A stretch of 57,512 nt of DNA, the filler included, from Dimargaris cristalligena (lineage: Eukaryota): NCBI GenBank assembly GCA_003614675.1. It is 2 parts of 2 records of this genome, joined end to end, with 100 filler letters (N's around TTAATTAATTAA, not from the genome) between each part and the next. Parts side by side here need not be neighbours in the genome. Positions count along the whole stretch, not along the records: positions 28,822 to 57,512 come from ML002497.1; 1 more part is not named here. One strand, given 5' to 3'. The translations under genes and the position numbers were made by a program. Positions 51,887 through 57,512 of this stretch are shown here, piece by piece; position 1 is the first letter of the stretch; each line of letters starts with the position of its first letter. A model generated the notes under the pieces. That model searched no databases. It worked only from the letters and a program-made list of their open reading frames with translations, and had not been told where the DNA came from.

Positions 51887-52556
51887 ATACTGTCATAGAA
51901 ATTAATGGATATTAATAGCAAACTACGACTCGATTACATAACACTCAGCAATTGACCATGGTGTAGGTCGTTGTACACTTTCTAATGGTCGGGCAATGGG
52001 CAGATTTTGACAGACTGGACACCGGAAAGTACTACAGTATTCAACATTGGAAGAAACATGAAAATTCACATAATTTTATTCGAAGCGGCCCAATTATAAC
52101 ATAGGCCCTGTCAGAGAAAACCTTGAAGGCAACGTCCAAAGCAGTACTAAAATAGTCGAAAAAGGAAGATGAATGGAGGTGGGTGGCATAAAATACAATG
52201 AAAGGATCACATATGATATGAGGACATCAAAATCAAAGTAGCAGGAGTTTTCAAAGTTGGGAAGAAAATACCCCTAACCAAACACTGAAGAATGGTTGGA
52301 GGAAAGTGTCCAGAATATAACATAAGAGCATTAAATTGGGATATACATTTGGATATTACCAACTGAGAAGTTGGAATCTAGTTAGTATGGAAATCGTCAG
52401 GAAAATTTTTGGTCATACGAAGGGATGTCATGTTCGGTGGGGAAGGTGCAAAATTGGAGATTAACAAAAATAGATGAAAATTTAACTATGCGCAAGTAAG
52501 AACCGACTGGGTCGATGGCCCTATAGTTTTAAGCTTGGCTAGAAAGGCTCTGTACT

Positions 52557-54293
52557 TTATAGGACGTAGGCCTGCGAATACTGAGATACGTAACCGGTAC
52601 ATTCATTAACTACTGTACAGTCATCATCAGTTAGCTCATCACCAGTACTACTTCGATTGCTGCCAATGAGGATGAACTGTTTGTGGTCCGAAGGTTGGCG
52701 TATATGGGATTGGGTTTTGGGTGGGGTGGCCTGTGGAGTGTCAGGTAATGATATGATTTTGGCGGAAGTGACCGGTACCCATAGTGCCGGATCATCGTCT
52801 GAGAAGCTTAGATAGGGCTTCCCCCGGGAAATGTATGGATGGTCTAGTCCGTTGGCTACCACCATGGGTGTCTGAAGGACTGACGGTAGGTCAGGCAGGT
52901 GAGCGGGGGGAGACGACGAATGGAAAAGGGTTGAGCTGGATAAATTCGATTTACTTGACTGTCGGACAGAGGCTACCATTTCAGCCACTTTCCTATCCAC
53001 CGTGGCAATATGGATAGGGAAGGTGGCCCGGACCATTTTGGCGGACTTACGCTTGAAATATCCGTTTGGAACCTTCAGATCCACAATTAAGTCGTAACGG
53101 AAGGACAAATGGCCCGCCGAGAGAGGCCGCAGGTCGTGGGGAAGCCGAATGCGGGCTACACATCGATAGGGCCGGTCCGAGCCCGATGAAGACGAGAAGG
53201 CATTGACAGGTTCTTTGTCGGGTATAGAGTGCTGCTCTCCGCTCGGACTTCGCATGGCAAGTAGGCTAGTGGCCGCATTTGAAATGGCGCGGCGACGCGC
53301 CTTAATAGGGCTGACGACCGGAACTGGCTTGGGCAAGTCGAGGGGCTCGGGGTAGTCGATTCCTAAGTTACGGCGACTATTCCACACTGGTTTGCGCCCG
53401 GGATGGTGAGAATGGGCACGGCCGTCCAGATGGCATTCGATGGTCTCTTCCAAAGAGCAAAGGGCCTCCATTACCCTCACCGTCCCAGATTTGTGGCTAA
53501 TTTCCAACTCCACTTGGACAAGGTCGCCGGCCTGGTATTCTCGCTTGGAAAAGACGCATTTTATTTGATAGGAGGGCTCCTTGCCGTCCTGATCGGCCAC
53601 TATCCCCTGGGCCATATGAGCCTCCGTTTCCGCAACCACTACCGAGTTTCGATCGAATGAGACCGACGGCCAAAGCACGGGCTCATAAAGAATTGGAACT
53701 ACTGACGAAAGGACCTGTGCGTTTCGACACTCCACACCGGCCTGGAAAACGTATTCAATCACGAAGTCGGGACAAGTGTTATCAGCAGAGGCGGACCGGC
53801 TGGTTGAACCCGGGTAGTTCATGAGAGGCAGTTGGCAGTTGAAGGGGAAGCAATGCGTTCCCGGATTTATAACCTTTTCGTAGGTACCCAGCTGGTCGCC
53901 CCATACTACCAGCTCCTGCTGATAATACACTTTTTTCAGACAGCGGTCGCCATTGGAATTGGCGGATAGCGCGACCTTCTCCTGGCCGATAAAACACAAA
54001 ACGATCCGACGGGCAACGAAGCGCGCATAGGTCTTTAACTTGACTGCACCTAATGTGATAGAAAGTCGGGTAAATACAATAAAAAATGACAGTTGTAAGC
54101 GAGAAAGGAATGTATTGGTTAGTGTGGTGGTTTGGGGGGAGGTCAACTCGAGCTGCCAGTACCAATGGGCAAGGGGTGGACTAACAACTGTATAGCGGGT
54201 TTATATAAACTTACCGGTAATAGTCTCGTTGTTATGGAAAATGTGGTCCGGGCCGGTTAGGAGGGAGACCTCTAAAACAGGGGGCTGTATCAT
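52557..54293 (-). CDS. Arrestin-fold (alpha-arrestin-like) protein, 523 aa; exons 54293-54215 and 54049-52557
   Basis: IFHNNETITGAVKL...IVLCFIGQE, GTHCFPFNCQLPLMNYPGS, IEYVFQA, EYQAGDLVQVELEI and LSFRYDLIVDL...FPIHI are arrestin N/C-domain strand patterns. The GTAAGT...TAG intron is in frame. Confidence 0.8.
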
Positions 54294-57200
54294 GGCTTGG
54301 GTATTCGATTTATACACACAAGTCAATGGTGTTTAATAATGTAAGACTGGTTAGGGTACCACTCTTTAGTGACCGGGATGGGAAGGATATATGTGCAAAG
54401 AGGTGGTTTCCCAAAATATAGAAAGAATAAAGTCGGTTAAACCAATGGGTTACAGTGAATTCAAAAGTTACGAAGCAGCGGTAACCGAAAATGAGTGGAT
54501 TTCTTAAAATAAACGTTGAAAACGGGGGTGTAGGACCTCAAAGAAGAGAAGGGCGCTGTAGAATTATGCAATAGTCAATGAAGCTCAATCTATGAGATTA
54601 AGGTTCGCGAACGGTTATTTCCCAGGTGCGAAAATCGAAACGAAGGGAAAAGCGTTGGTAAGATTGTCGAGGGTTCGTAGTTATTGAATAGGGGAATCCT
54701 CGATTACAATTGAGAATAAAGTGGGGAAGGGCGGCAAACTAAAAGCGCGGGAATGTATAGTTATTCTGGTGCGACGGAGTGGTGGGGGCTGAAGAAGAGA
54801 TAGGGAGGTCCTGCGCGTGCACGGGTGCGGCTGGGGCACTTGGTCATATTTATAGGCGATTCGAGCCCTTGGTCATCATCACGGGCCGAGTGAGGCACAA
54901 AGAGGGGGGGGGGCGGTTCTGCGATTGGACTGGGACCTGGTTATGGGGTTCGCCCAATACATCGTGAATGAATGGATACAAAAAGCCAGGGCCAAAACAA
55001 GGGGATGTTATGGGCCACCAGTTCCACCTACAGTCCCTTCCATCCTTTCCCCCCCTCCCTCTCCCTTTTTTCTCGCCCTTACTATGACTATACACTTATT
55101 CGTGTATTAGTCCGAATGAGTAATTACATTACAAATGTATTAGCACCGTCATGAAGCTTTGCCCTACTGTGGCGGGTTATATTCGACTGTGGTGCCCGCC
55201 CACACAATGGGTTGGGCCATCTACGATAGTGGCGGTGCGTAAATCACTAAAGTACTCTCCTTGTCCCACTCTAACCCTCTCTCCTTATTAGTGTTTCTTC
55301 AAAATAGCGCGGAGCCGGCGACTGTGACCAGCTTAGTGAGGAGGGCAAGGAGAAATGCCCTTTAACGCGTCAATGTTGGCGCGCCTAGTGAACGGAGCGG
55401 TATCCTCAGTGACTGCTAACTACTGGACTGGCTCACTTATAGCCAGGTCAACCTGGCCCTAGCCAGTGTAGCACTGAATGTACAGACAGTACCGTGGCTC
55501 TCGCCGATTCAGCCAATTCATTGCTCTCCTTCAAGGATATCATTACACTGCACTGTTGGCACCGTATGGGCTGTGAATGTGAATTTTGCGTCACTATAGT
55601 ATAGGGGGAAATAGTGATATTTGAATGATATTTGATTTATAGCTCTCCTGTCGTTTACCTTTTATCTCCATCTTCCCACTGAAATGTCCAATGGTTCACT
55701 GTGCCGAAGTGTGTTAAAGGGCTGTATGGTTCAGCTGGCTGGATACGCGTTATTGAATCCCGAAAAAAATAATCCGATATTGTCGGCCAGTTTTTTTTTT
55801 TTGCGTGCGCTATACTGGACCACATTCGGGATGTACTACCCCTTTTTGACCTTTCATTGCAAGACCACACAATGAACCCAGTTTTCAAGTGCTTGGCTAT
55901 TCCGGCCACTGTAACCGATACCAAATGGGAATGGCCTTAGTGATTACTTCGGTCGCGTCCACGGCTGTATGGCCAAGAAAAAATAGAACGGGTCCGCGAG
56001 CAAAGACTAATGATTTCGCAAGGAATGGTGCGCGGGGCCCGTTCGCGGATCGGTAATATTTCAGCCTGAGGCCTGATTTCGACTCTTCTGTCCCCAAAAG
56101 GTCGTGTTCGTCCTCCCGGCCATATACAGCCAAGTCGATTCGGTCTATCTAGTGCAGGGGGTCAAAAGGACTCACTCGGCCGCCGCCTTACATAAGGAAG
56201 TTGGCCTAGTTGTATGAGTTAGCATTGACCAGGGCGTCTCAGCCTCGCTGTAATGCCACCCTGGTCAACCTTTATGATCTCAAAGTGTTTCAGCCAGGGC
56301 GTATCCATTACTTCTACTCCATCAATCCCCCAAAAGGGTCGACGATAATGTAGCGCCTCCCCGTTCGGTCCCGGGAGGTCAGTTTAGTTAGGTTTACCAT
56401 AAACGGCTGTTAACGGATTCATGCTTTGTCATTTAGTTATCAAGACTTGGAAATAATCTGTTTGGTTTAAATCGATTCTTGGCGATTTTTAAAAGGCGAC
56501 TTGGCTCCATTAACGACTGTCATAGTTCACCCAGCTTCTGTGGCGAGTTGTAGATGGTAGGCTCTTTAATAAAGCTATAAAATGGGCATTACTTGGTTGG
56601 TCCGGTCTGTATAATTTAATAATGACCCATCACGTACATACGCCACTAATAGCCACCGACGGCCCCGTTTACCACTTGGTTCCTTAAAAAAACAGCGGAA
56701 AGGCCTATATCAGTGGATACAACCAGCGCAAGCCTCCCCCCAGGAAACAACCGAACCACCAACAATCGCACCATTATGGCCAACAGTGCCCTTGTCCATT
56801 TATTCGAATATTCAATATTTAATCGTAAACGGTAAAAGTGCTAGGGCGGTGTCTGACCAGGCTAGGTGGTCTTTTTTTTGCAGCTTGGCGCCGGTTCTTT
56901 ACTGACCCTGGTCAGCTGGATTGCATAACGGCAGGTCTACCATTGGTAGCACTGTTTAACAGTCCTTAGTTATTCACAGTGGTTGAACACCACGCTACTC
57001 CCTCATAGCCCCCCTGCCCCAAATTAATGTGTTGCACACTGTTCATATTAACTAGTACCCTAAGTTTACACATTGGTAATTGACTGTGGGCCACAGGGTG
57101 ATTTCGCAAATATCATTTTACAGGAGTCGGGTGCGTGGCTATGGGTATTTTTATCGCCATCCTATTAGATGGCCTTGCTTCATGCTTGCCATAATATTCG

Positions 57201-57512
57201 CTCCACATGGCCCCAATTTGGCCAAGCCCAGCCTGAACTACACAGCCATGTTAAATGCGAGTTATCCTCCCCAGACAGTGCGGATAAATGTATTCAAGTC
57301 ATGAACGAGACGACGCCGCTGTTAAATGAAATGCAGCTATTAATAGGGCAAGGAACCCGACCTCACCCATGACTTGAGGCACATTGTTCAATTCGATTAT
57401 ATACCGGCCTTCTATGAAAGAATGACCAGCATGGTCACCCCGACCACTACGAAAGGGCCACGGTATTGGTCCACCGAGGGAGAATATATATAGAGGACCA
57501 AAAGCAACTTAA

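Noticed and set aside
56200-56270. Minus-strand GGGTGGC...GCTGAGA resembling a TPP riboswitch
   Set aside because: The downstream P4/P5 consensus (CCTGAT...GATAAT...GCG.AGGGA) is absent and no thiamine gene is adjacent.
57301-57372. MNETTPLL dileucine-like N-terminus near the window end
   Set aside because: The frame stops after 23 codons with no convincing splice donor.
1-57512. CRISPR arrays, rRNA genes, intact tRNAs or intact transposase/RT genes
   Set aside because: None seen. There are no regularly spaced repeats, and all long ORFs are accounted for by host genes.

Overview
Eukaryotic DNA from a fungus, probably an early-diverging lineage (Zoopagomycota/Mucoromycota-like, inferred from a Zn2Cys6 factor alongside GNL1- and DHRS12-type genes and GT-AG introns of about 100-400 nt). 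The window is two contigs joined by an artificial 100-nt spacer (44 N + TTAATTAATTAA + 44 N, 28722-28821), so linkage across it is unproven. The left contig carries a Zn2Cys6 transcription factor, a Sae2/CtIP homolog with a frame break, RPL14, PP1 inhibitor-2, a divergent IQGAP/RasGAP-like gene, CCT7, GNL1 and probable decayed LRR and LINE relics. The right contig carries a truncated ORF, a DHRS12-like SDR, an unknown Trp-repeat protein beside a ~14.5 kb gene desert, and an arrestin-fold protein. Exon structures were reconstructed by hand and all family calls rest on recalled motifs, not searches. The most notable points are: (1) the Sae2/CtIP gene needs a +1 shift exactly across a C9 run/CGA codon and an antizyme-like TCC-TGA; (2) most introns have distant branch points with 60-200 nt AG-free zones; (3) the DHRS12-like gene keeps an open frame but is riddled with CpG-deamination-type missense changes; (4) a ~136-bp GGG...CCC MITE family flanked by ATAT occurs in 7 copies.
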